A DNA stretch of 64,000 nt from Alphaproteobacteria bacterium (GTDB taxonomy: Bacteria; Pseudomonadota; Alphaproteobacteria; UBA828), in contig CBDCRW010000006.1 of NCBI GenBank assembly GCA_965221125.1, positions 32,001-96,000 of the forward strand, in the 5' to 3' direction. The position numbers and the translations under genes were made by a program. Shown piece by piece: positions 1-10,668 of the stretch (position 1 is its first letter; every line of letters starts with the position of its first letter). The notes below the pieces were generated by a model. The model ran no database searches, was not told the origin of the DNA, and worked only from the letters and a program-made list of their open reading frames with translations.

Positions 1-106
1 GAGGCTTGAGATCGGCGCCGCGCCAGCCGATATCACGACAAGGGGCTGCGTGCGGCCATCGCGCCGGGTGCCGCCCGACGAGGACGGCAACACAAGGATC
101 GAGACC

Positions 107-556
107 ATGCGATTAGTGGGATTTGCGGCCGCCGGCCTGGCCGCCGGCGCGATCGCTCTCAGCGCCGGCGCCCTGCAGCCGGCATCGGCGGCGTCGGAGC
201 CGCAGCGGGTCACTATGACCGGCGAGATCATCGATTCCTGGTGCTATCTGAGCGAGATCATGTGGGCCGAAGGCTCGGCCCATCACCGCTGCGCCGTCTG
301 GTGCGCGCGCGGCGGCGTGCCGGTGGGCATCCTCGGCGAGGACGAGGAGGTCTACATCGTGCTCAAGATGGAGAACGACCCCGGCGTGATCGGCAACAGG
401 GCGGTGTTCCGCATGCAGACCAACGAGGTCGTCGTCACCGGCGATCTCTACGAGCGCGACAGCGTCAAGTATCTCGCCGTCGGCGAGATCGTCGAGGACC
501 ACGGGATCGTGAACTACTCCCACGAGGACTTCGACATCCAACCGGGAGGGCTCTGA
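107..556 (+). CDS. Hypothetical exported protein with Cys/His motif
   Basis: ORF 50..556, ATG at 107 starts a signal-peptide-like N-terminus; motif DSWCY...HHRCAVWC; high-GC3 codon usage. Confidence 0.7.
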   Translation: MRLVGFAAAGLAAGAIALSAGALQPASAASEPQRVTMTGEIIDSWCYLSEIMWAEGSAHHRCAVWCARGGVPVGILGEDEEVYIVLKMENDPGVIGNRAVFRMQTNEVVVTGDLYERDSVKYLAVGEIVEDHGIVNYSHEDFDIQPGGL

Positions 557-558
557 TC

Positions 559-1104
559 ATGCGGGCCAACCGAACATTCGTCCGTCTCGCCGCCGCGCTC
601 GCGTTCGCAGGCTCCATGGCGGTCTCGGGGATCGCGGCCGCGGCCAACAGCTGGGGGCTGCCCGAGGAGGTCGAAGCGCGCTTCGACGCGCAGGTGACCG
701 ACGTGCTCTGCGTACTCAGCGGCGACTGCCCCGAGGACTGCGGCGCAGGCTCCCGCCTGCTGGGCCTGCTCCAGGACGACGGCACCCTGGTGCTGCCGCT
801 CAAGAACGCCGGCCCGTTCACCGGGCCGACCGCCGATCTCATCCCCTTCTGCAACCAGCGGGTGACCGTCGACGGTCTCTTCACCACCAACTACGGCGTC
901 ACCACCTTCGCGGTCCAGTTCGTGCGGCCCGAGGGCGGCAAGTGGCGCGGCGCCAACGGCTTCGTCCGCCAGTGGGCCAAGGAGCGCGGACTGGAGACGA
1001 AGGACAAGAAGGCGCGGCGCTGGATGCGCCACGACGAGGCGATCCTCGAGGTGATCGAGGAGCAGGGCGTGCTCGGCCTCAAGGACAAGGGGATCACCCC
1101 TTAG
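559..1104 (+). CDS. Hypothetical exported Cys-rich protein
   Basis: ATG at 559, 2 nt after previous stop; signal peptide ending AAA; CVLSGDCPEDCG. Confidence 0.7.
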   Translation: MRANRTFVRLAAALAFAGSMAVSGIAAAANSWGLPEEVEARFDAQVTDVLCVLSGDCPEDCGAGSRLLGLLQDDGTLVLPLKNAGPFTGPTADLIPFCNQRVTVDGLFTTNYGVTTFAVQFVRPEGGKWRGANGFVRQWAKERGLETKDKKARRWMRHDEAILEVIEEQGVLGLKDKGITP

Positions 1105-1211
1105 AGCGCGTCCTTACTTGACGGATGGGCGGGCGGCGCGCAGGCCCGGCGCGCCGCACCCCCGCCGCCGCTTGAGCGTCGACGCCGCGCGGTGCGGCTG
1201 GTAGGCACGCG

Positions 1212-1835
1212 ATGAGCCGGTTCCCGCTCGATCCCTCCGGCCTCTGGCGCGAGGTGCGGAGCGGCCGGCCGGTCGAGCCGGGGCCCGCGCTCTTCCTCGA
1301 CCGGGATGGCACGCTCATCCGGCTTGTGAACTACCTGAGCCGCGCAGACGACGTCGCGCCGGTCCCCGGCGCCTTCGAGAGTCTCGCGCAGGCGCGGCAC
1401 GCGGGCTTCCGGGCGGTCATCGTCACCAACCAGTCGGGCATCGGCCGCGGCTGCTACGGGTGGGACGCGTTCGCCGCGGTGCAAGCGCGCGTGATCGCGC
1501 TGGCGGAGGCGGCGGGTGGGGCGATCGACGCGGTCTATGCCTGCCCGGCGCTGCCGGGGAGCGGCGCCGCCTGCCGCAAGCCCGCGCCCGGCATGATCCT
1601 GGCTGCCGCAGAGGACCTCGCCATCGACCTCGGCGCAAGCTGGATCGTGGGCGATTCGGCGAGCGATCTGGAGGCCGGCCGCCGCGCCGGCCTCCGCCGC
1701 GGCTGGCTGGTGCCGACCGGCTACGGCGCGGGCGATCGCAGCCTCGCTGCGGGCTTGGCCTCCGGCAGTTTCCGCGTCACCATCGGGCGGCCGATCGCCG
1801 CGCTGGGCGCGGCGCTCGCCGCAGAGCGAGCCTGA
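1212..1835 (+). CDS. gmhB: HAD-IIIA phosphatase, heptose-1,7-bisphosphate phosphatase-like
   Basis: FLDRDGTL, VTNQSGIGRG, CRKPAPGM, VGDSASD; adjacent to gmhA-like gene. Confidence 0.85.
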   Translation: MSRFPLDPSGLWREVRSGRPVEPGPALFLDRDGTLIRLVNYLSRADDVAPVPGAFESLAQARHAGFRAVIVTNQSGIGRGCYGWDAFAAVQARVIALAEAAGGAIDAVYACPALPGSGAACRKPAPGMILAAAEDLAIDLGASWIVGDSASDLEAGRRAGLRRGWLVPTGYGAGDRSLAAGLASGSFRVTIGRPIAALGAALAAERA

Positions 1836-1852
1836 GGCGTGCAGGGAGCCCC

Positions 1853-2473
1853 ATGACCTTTCCCGACAAGGCCTATCCGTCGATCGCGGACTTCTGCGAC
1901 GATTACCTGGCCTGCCTCGCACGGGCGGGCGCCTCCATCGACCGCGCCCGGCTTACGGAGGCCAGCGCGCTGCTCGATGCGGCGTTCGCCCGCAGCGCGT
2001 GGCTCTTCGTCTGCGGCAACGGCGGCTCGGCCGCGATCGCCAATCACCTGCTCTGCGACGTCGCCAAGGGCGTGCAGACCGACACCGGCGTGCTGCCGCG
2101 GGTGATGAGCCTGAGCGCCAACTTGGAAATCGTCACCGCGATCGCCAACGACATCGCCTTTGAGGACTGCTTCGCCTACCAGCTCAGGACCGCGGCCCGG
2201 CCCGGCGACGTGCTGATGACCATCTCGGCCTCGGGCGATTCGGAGAATATCGTCCGCGCGCTCGACTGGGCCAGCGCCAACGGGCTCGAGAGCATCGCGC
2301 TCACGGGCTTCGACGGCGGCCGCTCGGCGCCGCTCGCCAGCGTCAACCTCCACGTGGACGGCGACAACTACGGCGTGATCGAGGACACCCACCAGTCGAT
2401 CATGCACATGCTCGCGCAGTACCTGCGCCAGGCGAACATGCCGGACGCGCTCATCCCCGAACGTAAGTTCTAA
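1853..2473 (+). CDS. gmhA: SIS-domain phosphoheptose isomerase-like protein
   Basis: CGNGGSAA, TAIAND, ISASGDSENI, LTGFDGG, IEDTH; GGAG before ATG 1853. Confidence 0.8.
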   Translation: MTFPDKAYPSIADFCDDYLACLARAGASIDRARLTEASALLDAAFARSAWLFVCGNGGSAAIANHLLCDVAKGVQTDTGVLPRVMSLSANLEIVTAIANDIAFEDCFAYQLRTAARPGDVLMTISASGDSENIVRALDWASANGLESIALTGFDGGRSAPLASVNLHVDGDNYGVIEDTHQSIMHMLAQYLRQANMPDALIPERKF

Positions 2474-2621
2474 CGCGCGACCGACTTTGACGGACGCGCG
2501 TCAGGCCGCGACAGCGGCCCGCCGCGAACGCGGCGCGCCCGCGCAGGCGCCGGCTGAAAGCCGGCTGCCGTGAGCGATAAAGGCATAGAGCGTTTCCGTG
2601 CAAGACGGAAACGCTCTATGC
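2474..2621 (-). repeat. Dispersed ~150 bp double-hairpin repeat, copy A
   Basis: Perfect 17 bp stem GCATAGAGCGTTTCCGT(2583-2599)/ACGGAAACGCTCTATGC(2605-2621); reverse complement aligns with 37543-37692 and 49680-49815. Confidence 0.85.
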
Positions 2622-3215
2622 GGCGAAGCGGATCGCCAGGATCGCGGCGATCAGTACGGCGAGGGCGGCGAGGGCGACCCAGCCCAGGTGGCGCTCGACG
2701 AAGGCGCGCGCCGGCGGGCCGAACTGCCAGAGCAGCGCCGCCACGATGTAGAAGCGCGCCCCCCGCGCGAGCAGCGAGGCGAGAATGAAGACGCCGATGT
2801 CGAGCTTGCCCGCGCCGCTCGCAATGGTGATCAGCTTGTAGGGGAGCGGCGTGAAGCCGCCGGCGACGACGATCCAGGCGCCCCATTCGTCGCGGTAGCG
2901 CTGGAAGGTCGCGAGCTTGTCCTCGTTGCTCCAGAGCTCGAGCAGCGGGCCGCCGAAGGCATCGAACAGGTAGTAGCCGATGGCGTAGCCGAAGAGGCCG
3001 CCGGCGACCGAGAAGAGGGTGCAGACGCCTGCCAGCAGCCACGCCGCCGCCCGGCGCGCAAGCACCATGGGGATGAGGAGCAGGTCCGGCGGGATGGGAA
3101 AGAACGAGCTTTCGGCAAACGCCACGGCGGCGAGCGCCCAGACGGCGTGGCGCTTGCCGGCGAGCGCCAGCGTCCAGTCGTAGAGCCTGCGGAGCGGCCC
3201 GGGCCTTCCACTCAC
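2616..3215 (-). CDS. YqaA/DedA family membrane protein
   Basis: AFAESSFFPIPPD, GFTPLPYK, RGARF; start chosen at GTG 3215 after GGAG. Confidence 0.85.
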   Translation of the reverse strand: MSGRPGPLRRLYDWTLALAGKRHAVWALAAVAFAESSFFPIPPDLLLIPMVLARRAAAWLLAGVCTLFSVAGGLFGYAIGYYLFDAFGGPLLELWSNEDKLATFQRYRDEWGAWIVVAGGFTPLPYKLITIASGAGKLDIGVFILASLLARGARFYIVAALLWQFGPPARAFVERHLGWVALAALAVLIAAILAIRFAA

Positions 3216-3296
3216 AGCCACGCTCCGCCCGAGGCCGGTTGACCGTTGCCCGGCCCCGCCCAACAATGCCGCGAGCGCTCCGGACGGGCACCCCTC

Positions 3297-4388
3297 ATGC
3301 AGTCACGACTCATCCTCTTCGCCGCCTCGGCCGGTATCGCCGCCCTCACTATCTATCTCCTCATCTCGGGGCGGAACATCCTGATCCCGATCGCCATCGC
3401 CGTCATGGCCTGGTACCTGATCAACGCGATCGCGCGCGGAATTAGGCGCATCAGCATACGCGGCGTGCGCCCGCCGCGCTGGGCCGCGCTCACGCTCACG
3501 GTGCTGGTGGTCATCGCGGCGGTGATGTCGCTGGCCGAGATGGTGAGCGGCAACTTCTCCGCCGTCGTCGATGCGATCCCCACCTACCAGGCCAACCTGC
3601 AGCGCCTGATCGGCGAGGTGGCCGCGCTGTTCGGGATGCAGGAGACGCCCAACCTCACCGATCTCGTCGAACGCATCGACTTCAGGTCGGTCGTCAGCAG
3701 CATCGCCGCGACGCTCACCGGAATCGCGGGCGAGGCCGGGCTCATCCTGGTCTACGTGCTCTTCCTCTTCGTCGAGCAGGGCAGCTTCGACCGCAAGATG
3801 AAGGCGCTCTTCCCCGACCCCGAGCGGGAGGAGCGGGTGCACAAGATCCTCACCCACATGAGCGAGGAGATTCAGAACTATCTCTGGATCAAGACCTTCA
3901 CGAGCGCGCTGACGGCGGGGCTGAGCTACGCCGTGCTGGCCTCGGTCGGCCTCGACTTCGCCGGCTTCTGGGTGGTCATCATCTTCCTGCTCAACTACAT
4001 CCCGACCATCGGCTCGCTGCTCGGCATCATCTTCCCGGCGCTGCTGGCGCTGGTGCAGTTCGATACCTTTGTGCCCTTCCTCATCGTTACTCCGAGCCTT
4101 GCCGTGATCCAGGTCTTCGTCGGCAACTTCCTGGAGCCGATGCTGATGGGCTCCTCGCTCAACATCAGCCCCTTCGCGACGCTCGTCTCGCTTGCGGTGT
4201 GGGGCTCGATCTGGGGTATACCGGGGATGTTCCTGTGCGTGCCCATCACCGTGATCGCCATGATCATCTTCGCCCACTTCCCCCGCACGCGGCCGATTGC
4301 GGTCATGCTGTCCACCGACGGCCGCGTCGCCTGGGGCGAGACCGAGCCTCGCCCGCCGCCAGACCCCCGCCCGCCGCCCGGAGCCTGA
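3297..4388 (+). CDS. AI-2E family transporter
   Basis: Multi-TM; FLLNYIPTIGS, GNFLEP, WGSIWGIPGMFLCVP. Confidence 0.85.
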   Translation: MQSRLILFAASAGIAALTIYLLISGRNILIPIAIAVMAWYLINAIARGIRRISIRGVRPPRWAALTLTVLVVIAAVMSLAEMVSGNFSAVVDAIPTYQANLQRLIGEVAALFGMQETPNLTDLVERIDFRSVVSSIAATLTGIAGEAGLILVYVLFLFVEQGSFDRKMKALFPDPEREERVHKILTHMSEEIQNYLWIKTFTSALTAGLSYAVLASVGLDFAGFWVVIIFLLNYIPTIGSLLGIIFPALLALVQFDTFVPFLIVTPSLAVIQVFVGNFLEPMLMGSSLNISPFATLVSLAVWGSIWGIPGMFLCVPITVIAMIIFAHFPRTRPIAVMLSTDGRVAWGETEPRPPPDPRPPPGA

Positions 4389-4390
4389 CC

Positions 4391-5512
4391 ATGACCGTTC
4401 CCCAGGAAGACGCCCTCGCGATCGACGCCGGGCGGCTGAGAGAGGCTGTCGCCGCAATCTTCACGACCGCCGGCTGCGCGGAGGAGGAAGGCGCGCGCAT
4501 CGCCCGCTACCTGGTGGAATCCAACCTCACCGGGCACGACAGCCACGGCGTCATCCGCGTACCCCGCTACGTGTACTGGCTCGACGCCGGCACCGTGCGC
4601 GCAGGCCGGCACGTCAAGACGGTGATGGACGCAGGCGCGGTCGCCGTGCTCGACGGCGACCACGGCTTCGGCCAGACCATCGGCGAGGAGGCGATCACCC
4701 TCGCGGCGGAGAAGGCGCGCGAATACGGCGTCTCCGTGGTCGGCCTGCGCAACTCTGGCCACCTGGGGCGGATCGGCGACTGGGCCGAGCTCGCGGCGGC
4801 GGAGGGCCTGATCTCCATCCACTTCGTCAACACCAGCGGGCTCGGCATGATCGTGGCGCCCTTCGGTGGCACCGAGCGGCGCATGTCCACCAACCCCATC
4901 AGCATCGGCGTGCCGATGCCGGACGGCCCGCCGCTGGTGCTCGACTGCGCGACGTCGGTCGTGGCCGAGGGCAAGGTGCTGGTCGCGCTCAACGGCGGCA
5001 AGCCGCTGCCCGACGGCGCCCTGATCGAGCGGGACGGCACGCTCACCACCGATCCCAATGCCCTCTACGGCGAGGTGGACGGCACCCAGCCCCACGACCA
5101 GCGCACCGGCGCGGCCGCCGTGCGCGCGATGGGGGAGCACAAGGGCTCCGGCATCAGCTTCATGTGCGAGCTGCTCGCGGGCGCGCTCACCGGCGGCGGC
5201 TGCGGCAAGGCGGGCCACAAGACGCTGGAGAACAATATGCTGTCCATCCTGCTCGACCCGGCGCGCTTCGGGACCGAGACGGTGCTCTGGCCGGAGATCG
5301 ACCGCTACATCGAATTCGTGCGCAGCGCGCGTTCGGCGCCGGGGCATGACCAGGTGCGCCTCCCCGGCGAGCCCGAAGAGGAGATGCGCGCCGAGCGGCG
5401 TGCGCACGGCGTCCCCCTGCCGCGGAAGGTGCGGGCGAGCCTCGCGCTCACGGCGAACTCCCTCGGCCTGGCGGAGGTGGCCGCCGTGTTCGAGCCCGAG
5501 GCGCGCGCGTAG
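4391..5512 (+). CDS. Ldh_2 family (malate/lactate/ureidoglycolate-type) dehydrogenase
   Basis: GHDSHG, DGDHGFGQ, HLGRIG, STNPI, HKGSG, LPGEPE. Confidence 0.85.
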   Translation: MTVPQEDALAIDAGRLREAVAAIFTTAGCAEEEGARIARYLVESNLTGHDSHGVIRVPRYVYWLDAGTVRAGRHVKTVMDAGAVAVLDGDHGFGQTIGEEAITLAAEKAREYGVSVVGLRNSGHLGRIGDWAELAAAEGLISIHFVNTSGLGMIVAPFGGTERRMSTNPISIGVPMPDGPPLVLDCATSVVAEGKVLVALNGGKPLPDGALIERDGTLTTDPNALYGEVDGTQPHDQRTGAAAVRAMGEHKGSGISFMCELLAGALTGGGCGKAGHKTLENNMLSILLDPARFGTETVLWPEIDRYIEFVRSARSAPGHDQVRLPGEPEEEMRAERRAHGVPLPRKVRASLALTANSLGLAEVAAVFEPEARA

Positions 5513-5600
5513 GCCACAAATCGTGTAAGCTTTCCTTTACGATGCTACCCTTTCGCTCAATCATCCATCTTGCACCAGCCTCAGAGAGGTAGCTTGGGTT

Positions 5601-6677
5601 ATGCCTGCCGCCACCCCTGACCAGCTGGCTCATCAGCTGGGAACCCAACGAAGAATGGTCGACTTCGATACCTTCGACATTCAACTTCAAGAGCTCTTGC
5701 GAATGCTTGAGGGTGGCCAAATTACAATCGCCCCGGCCTACCAGCGCCAATTCAGATGGGATACTGAGAGATGCGCTCAGCTAATTGAATCTCTAATGTT
5801 GGGAATTCCCATCCCAAATCTATTTATGGCAACTAACGAGGACAACACTTGGGAGGCAGTCGATGGAGTTCAACGACTGAGTGCGATTGTCAAGTTTGCG
5901 GGCAACGATGAATTGAGGCAAAAATTAAAACTCGGGAAGGCTCTTGTTCTCGAAGGGTTACACAAGGTTAGTATGTTCAACGGACTTCCCTTTTCCAAGC
6001 TTCCGCAAACAATTCAACAACACATTAGAACACGCCCTCTGAAGGTTGTAACTTTAAACGACAAGAGCGATAAAGTTGTGCGGTTTGACTTGTTTGAACG
6101 GCTCAACACCGGAGGTGTTTCGTTATCGAGTCAGGAAATTCGTGATTGTGTATATCAGGGACCATTTGCCGAAAAGCTAGACGAATTGGCGGCGACCGGT
6201 GAGTTTAGAACGGTAGTAAGGTTAACAAGCAGACAGATCAAGGACGGAACAATAGAGGAATGTGTCTTGCGCTTTTTCGCATTCTTGGAGCGATATAAAA
6301 AATTTGAACACAGCGTGACGGACTTCTTGAATGATTACATGAGGGACGCTAGTGAACATTTTGAGCAAGCGAGAGAGCGTGAGTTTCGACGTACATTTGC
6401 TGAACTTGCAGAGTGCTTCCCTGATGGCATTAGGCGTCCAGGCCGGAAAGGTAACACACCCCTGAACTTGTTCGAAGGAGTGGCAGTTGGAGCTGCATTG
6501 GCTCTCAGGAGACACGCAGGCCTGGAGATTGCAAACTTACAACAATGGTTGGGCTCTGAAGAACTCCGACAGTATACAACCGGCGCAACCAATAATCGTC
6601 GTGCTGTGAATGGTCGTATCGAATTCTGCAGAGACCGCTTCATGGGAAAGCCTTATGTTCCCCACGTTGAAGAGTGA
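5601..6677 (+). CDS. DUF262 (ParB/Srx-fold, GmrSD N-terminal-like) protein
   Basis: PAYQRQFRW, IESLMLGIPIP, VDGVQRL, FERLNTGG; AT-richer than flanks. Confidence 0.85.
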   Translation: MPAATPDQLAHQLGTQRRMVDFDTFDIQLQELLRMLEGGQITIAPAYQRQFRWDTERCAQLIESLMLGIPIPNLFMATNEDNTWEAVDGVQRLSAIVKFAGNDELRQKLKLGKALVLEGLHKVSMFNGLPFSKLPQTIQQHIRTRPLKVVTLNDKSDKVVRFDLFERLNTGGVSLSSQEIRDCVYQGPFAEKLDELAATGEFRTVVRLTSRQIKDGTIEECVLRFFAFLERYKKFEHSVTDFLNDYMRDASEHFEQAREREFRRTFAELAECFPDGIRRPGRKGNTPLNLFEGVAVGAALALRRHAGLEIANLQQWLGSEELRQYTTGATNNRRAVNGRIEFCRDRFMGKPYVPHVEE

Positions 6678-7299
6678 AGTTGAGGCGAGATTTGGGGCTA
6701 TCGAGAAGTTCTTGCAGGAGACCAAATGTCTAGAAGGAGATCACGCAGCAACTGCAAAGGGCTTGATGTTTGTTCAAGTTTACGCTGTGTATGAGTATAC
6801 GGTGAGGAGCGTAGTAAGGGCAGCGGTTGATTCAATAAGGGCTCGAAAAGATAAGTTGAAGCACCTTTCCCCGTCAATGTTGGCGTTGTTCCTAGATCCA
6901 GAGTGGGAGTCACTCAGAGACAGTGGAAGAAAAAGTCAGTGGCAGAGGCGCCTGAATATTATGGAACGGGCGTTTTCGAATGACGCTGTTGACTTATCTA
7001 GCGATACAAAATTACCAGACGATGGTTCGCACTTTAGGTACACACATTTGCTCATGATATTCAAGGTTTTTGGTATATCGCGGTTGCCAGTGCGCCGTAG
7101 GCGACACAGACAAAGAATCGACGAGGTGGTTGCTCACCGAAATTCAATTGCTCACGGGGAAGAGAAAGCGGACGACATAGGTAGGAGGTATAGTCGGTCG
7201 GACATTCGCCATATGACACGTCAGATGAAAAGTGTTTGCCTGCTGCAAGTAGAGGTTTTCGAAAGCTTTTGCTCGAGCAATTTGCCGCGTCGAAGATAG
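6655..7299 (+). CDS. HEPN-domain putative RNase (MAE_28990/RiboL-PSP-HEPN-like)
   Basis: Rx4H motif RNSIAH(G), upstream YAVYE helix; overlaps DUF262 gene by 23 nt. Confidence 0.75.
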   Translation: MFPTLKSEVEARFGAIEKFLQETKCLEGDHAATAKGLMFVQVYAVYEYTVRSVVRAAVDSIRARKDKLKHLSPSMLALFLDPEWESLRDSGRKSQWQRRLNIMERAFSNDAVDLSSDTKLPDDGSHFRYTHLLMIFKVFGISRLPVRRRRHRQRIDEVVAHRNSIAHGEEKADDIGRRYSRSDIRHMTRQMKSVCLLQVEVFESFCSSNLPRRR

Positions 7300-7418
7300 G
7301 AGGGGGGAGCACAAAGAATGGTGCCATTTGGAGAGTTTGTATTGGATACTTTCAACTCCTTCCGGTTGTACAGGCCCCTGCTTGACCTTATTTCGGCAGA
7401 TAGCTTTACGATGGCGCG

Positions 7419-8198
7419 CTACCACACGCCGGGGTAGCGGCCCCCGTCGATCACCAGGTTCTGGCCGGTGATGTAGCCGGCCTGCGCGCTGCAGAGGAAG
7501 GCGCAGGCCTCGCCGAACTCGGTCTCGTTGCCGAAGCGCTTCGCCGGCACGCTCTCCCTCTGCCGCTCGGCGAACTCGTCGACGCTGAGGCCGGCCCTCT
7601 TGGCGCCCTTCTCGATGCCGTCGTAAAGCCGCTCGGTATCGAAGAAACCCGGCAAGAGGTGGTTGATCGTCACGTTGCTCGCGGCGACTTGGGGCAGGAC
7701 GCCGGCAAGGAAGGCGGAGAGGCCTGCGCGCGCGCCGCTGGAGAGGTCGAGGCCCGGCACCGGCATCTTCACCGAAACCGAGGTGATGTTGACGATCCGC
7801 CCGAAGCCGCGTGCGGCCATGCCGTCGATCACGTGGCCGATCATCTCCACCGGGGTCGCCATGTTCATCACCACGCCCTGGATGAACGCGGGGCGGTCGA
7901 TCTCGCGGAAGTCGCGGCGGGGCGGGCCGCCGTTGTTGTTGACGAGGATGTCGGGCTCGGGCACCGCCTCGATCAGGGCGGCCTGAATTGCGGGCTCGCT
8001 GATGTCGCCGGCGACCGTCTGCACGGCAACGCCGGTCTCGTCGCGGATCGCCTGCGCCGTCTCCTCGAGGGAGGCGCGGTCGCGCCCGTTGATGACGATG
8101 TCCACCCCGTTCCGGGCGAGCGAGACGGCGCAGCCCCGGCCGAGCCCGCGGCTTCCGGCGCAGACGATGGCGCTGCGCCCCTTGATACCGAGATCCAT
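7419..8198 (-). CDS. SDR family oxidoreductase
   Basis: MDLGIKGRSAIVCAGSRGLG, NNNGGP, YITGQNLVIDGG; AGGAG before ATG 8198. Confidence 0.85.
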   Translation of the reverse strand: MDLGIKGRSAIVCAGSRGLGRGCAVSLARNGVDIVINGRDRASLEETAQAIRDETGVAVQTVAGDISEPAIQAALIEAVPEPDILVNNNGGPPRRDFREIDRPAFIQGVVMNMATPVEMIGHVIDGMAARGFGRIVNITSVSVKMPVPGLDLSSGARAGLSAFLAGVLPQVAASNVTINHLLPGFFDTERLYDGIEKGAKRAGLSVDEFAERQRESVPAKRFGNETEFGEACAFLCSAQAGYITGQNLVIDGGRYPGVW

Positions 8199-8316
8199 GG
8201 CTCCTATCTCCCCTGCAGCGGCCGCATCCTGGCGCGGCTTCCCCCGCCGACGCAAGGCCGCAACCCCAAGCTCCCGCGGACAACGAAGCGATGCTTGATT
8301 CGCCGCAACAATGGTG

Positions 8317-8343
8317 TTAGCACTCATTCCTAGCGAGTGCTAA
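8317..8343. promoter_or_regulatory. CIRCE operator (HrcA site)
   Basis: Exact TTAGCACTC-N9-GAGTGCTAA upstream of groES; inverted repeat extends to 8313-8347. Confidence 0.97.
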
Positions 8344-8385
8344 CACCGCTTCCAGACCATCGTCAGGACGAAATCGGAGGAACCA

Positions 8386-8700
8386 ATGAAGTTTCGACCG
8401 CTGCATGACAGGGTCGTGGTCCGTCGCATTGGCGAGGACACCAAGACCGCCGGCGGAATCATCATCCCCGACACGGCTCAGGAGAAGCCGCAGGAAGGCG
8501 AGGTCGTGGCCGTGGGCCCCGGCACCCGCGCCGATGACGGGACGCTGCATGCGCTGGACGTGAAGCCGGGCGACCGTGTGCTGTTCGGCAAGTGGTCCGG
8601 CAACGAAGTGTCGCTCGATGGCGACGAGCTCCTCTTCATGAAGGAGTCCGACATCATGGCCATCGTCGAGACCGGCAAGAAGGCGAAGAAGGCCGCGTAG
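8386..8700 (+). CDS. groES: Co-chaperonin GroES
   Basis: [30 protein letters not shown]. Confidence 0.98.
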   Translation: MKFRPLHDRVVVRRIGEDTKTAGGIIIPDTAQEKPQEGEVVAVGPGTRADDGTLHALDVKPGDRVLFGKWSGNEVSLDGDELLFMKESDIMAIVETGKKAKKAA

Positions 8701-10374
<1,674 letters not shown>

Positions 10375-10397
10375 CCCGGCCTTCCAGGCTTTCGTTC

Positions 10398-10426
10398 AGG
10401 GGCGGGCCTTCGGGTCCGCCCCTTTT
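10398..10426 (+). terminator. Intrinsic terminator after groEL
   Basis: AGGGGCGGGCC-TTCG-GGTCCGCCCCT followed by T run. Confidence 0.8.
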
Positions 10427-10431
10427 CGTTC

Positions 10432-10635
10432 AAGTACTTCTCAGACTTCAAGTGGTGCATGAAACGTGTATACCGGCACTGCACCAAAATGCACCTACAT
10501 CGCTACAAAGCCGAATCTGAGTTTCACCACGACAATCATTCTTTGAGTTAAATCAACGGCTTCACCTGGTTAGAGTCGCTTCTTAGTGGCGTCGTCGGCA
10601 AGTGGCCTCTGTACCGGGACTCGTTTCACGTATAA
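10432..10635 (+). pseudogene. Degenerate C-terminal remnant of an IS1595-family transposase
   Basis: Manual translation KYFSDFKWCMKRVYRHCTKMHLHRYKAESEFHHDN...*...LLSGVVGKWPLYRDS resembles the IS1595 C-terminus (FSxFKRGMKGVYQHCxxKHLHRYLAEFDFRYN...GIVGKRLTY); in-frame stop, no start. Confidence 0.7.
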
Positions 10636-10668
10636 TGTCGCCTAAACCGTTGAGTGGGGGGATTCGCG

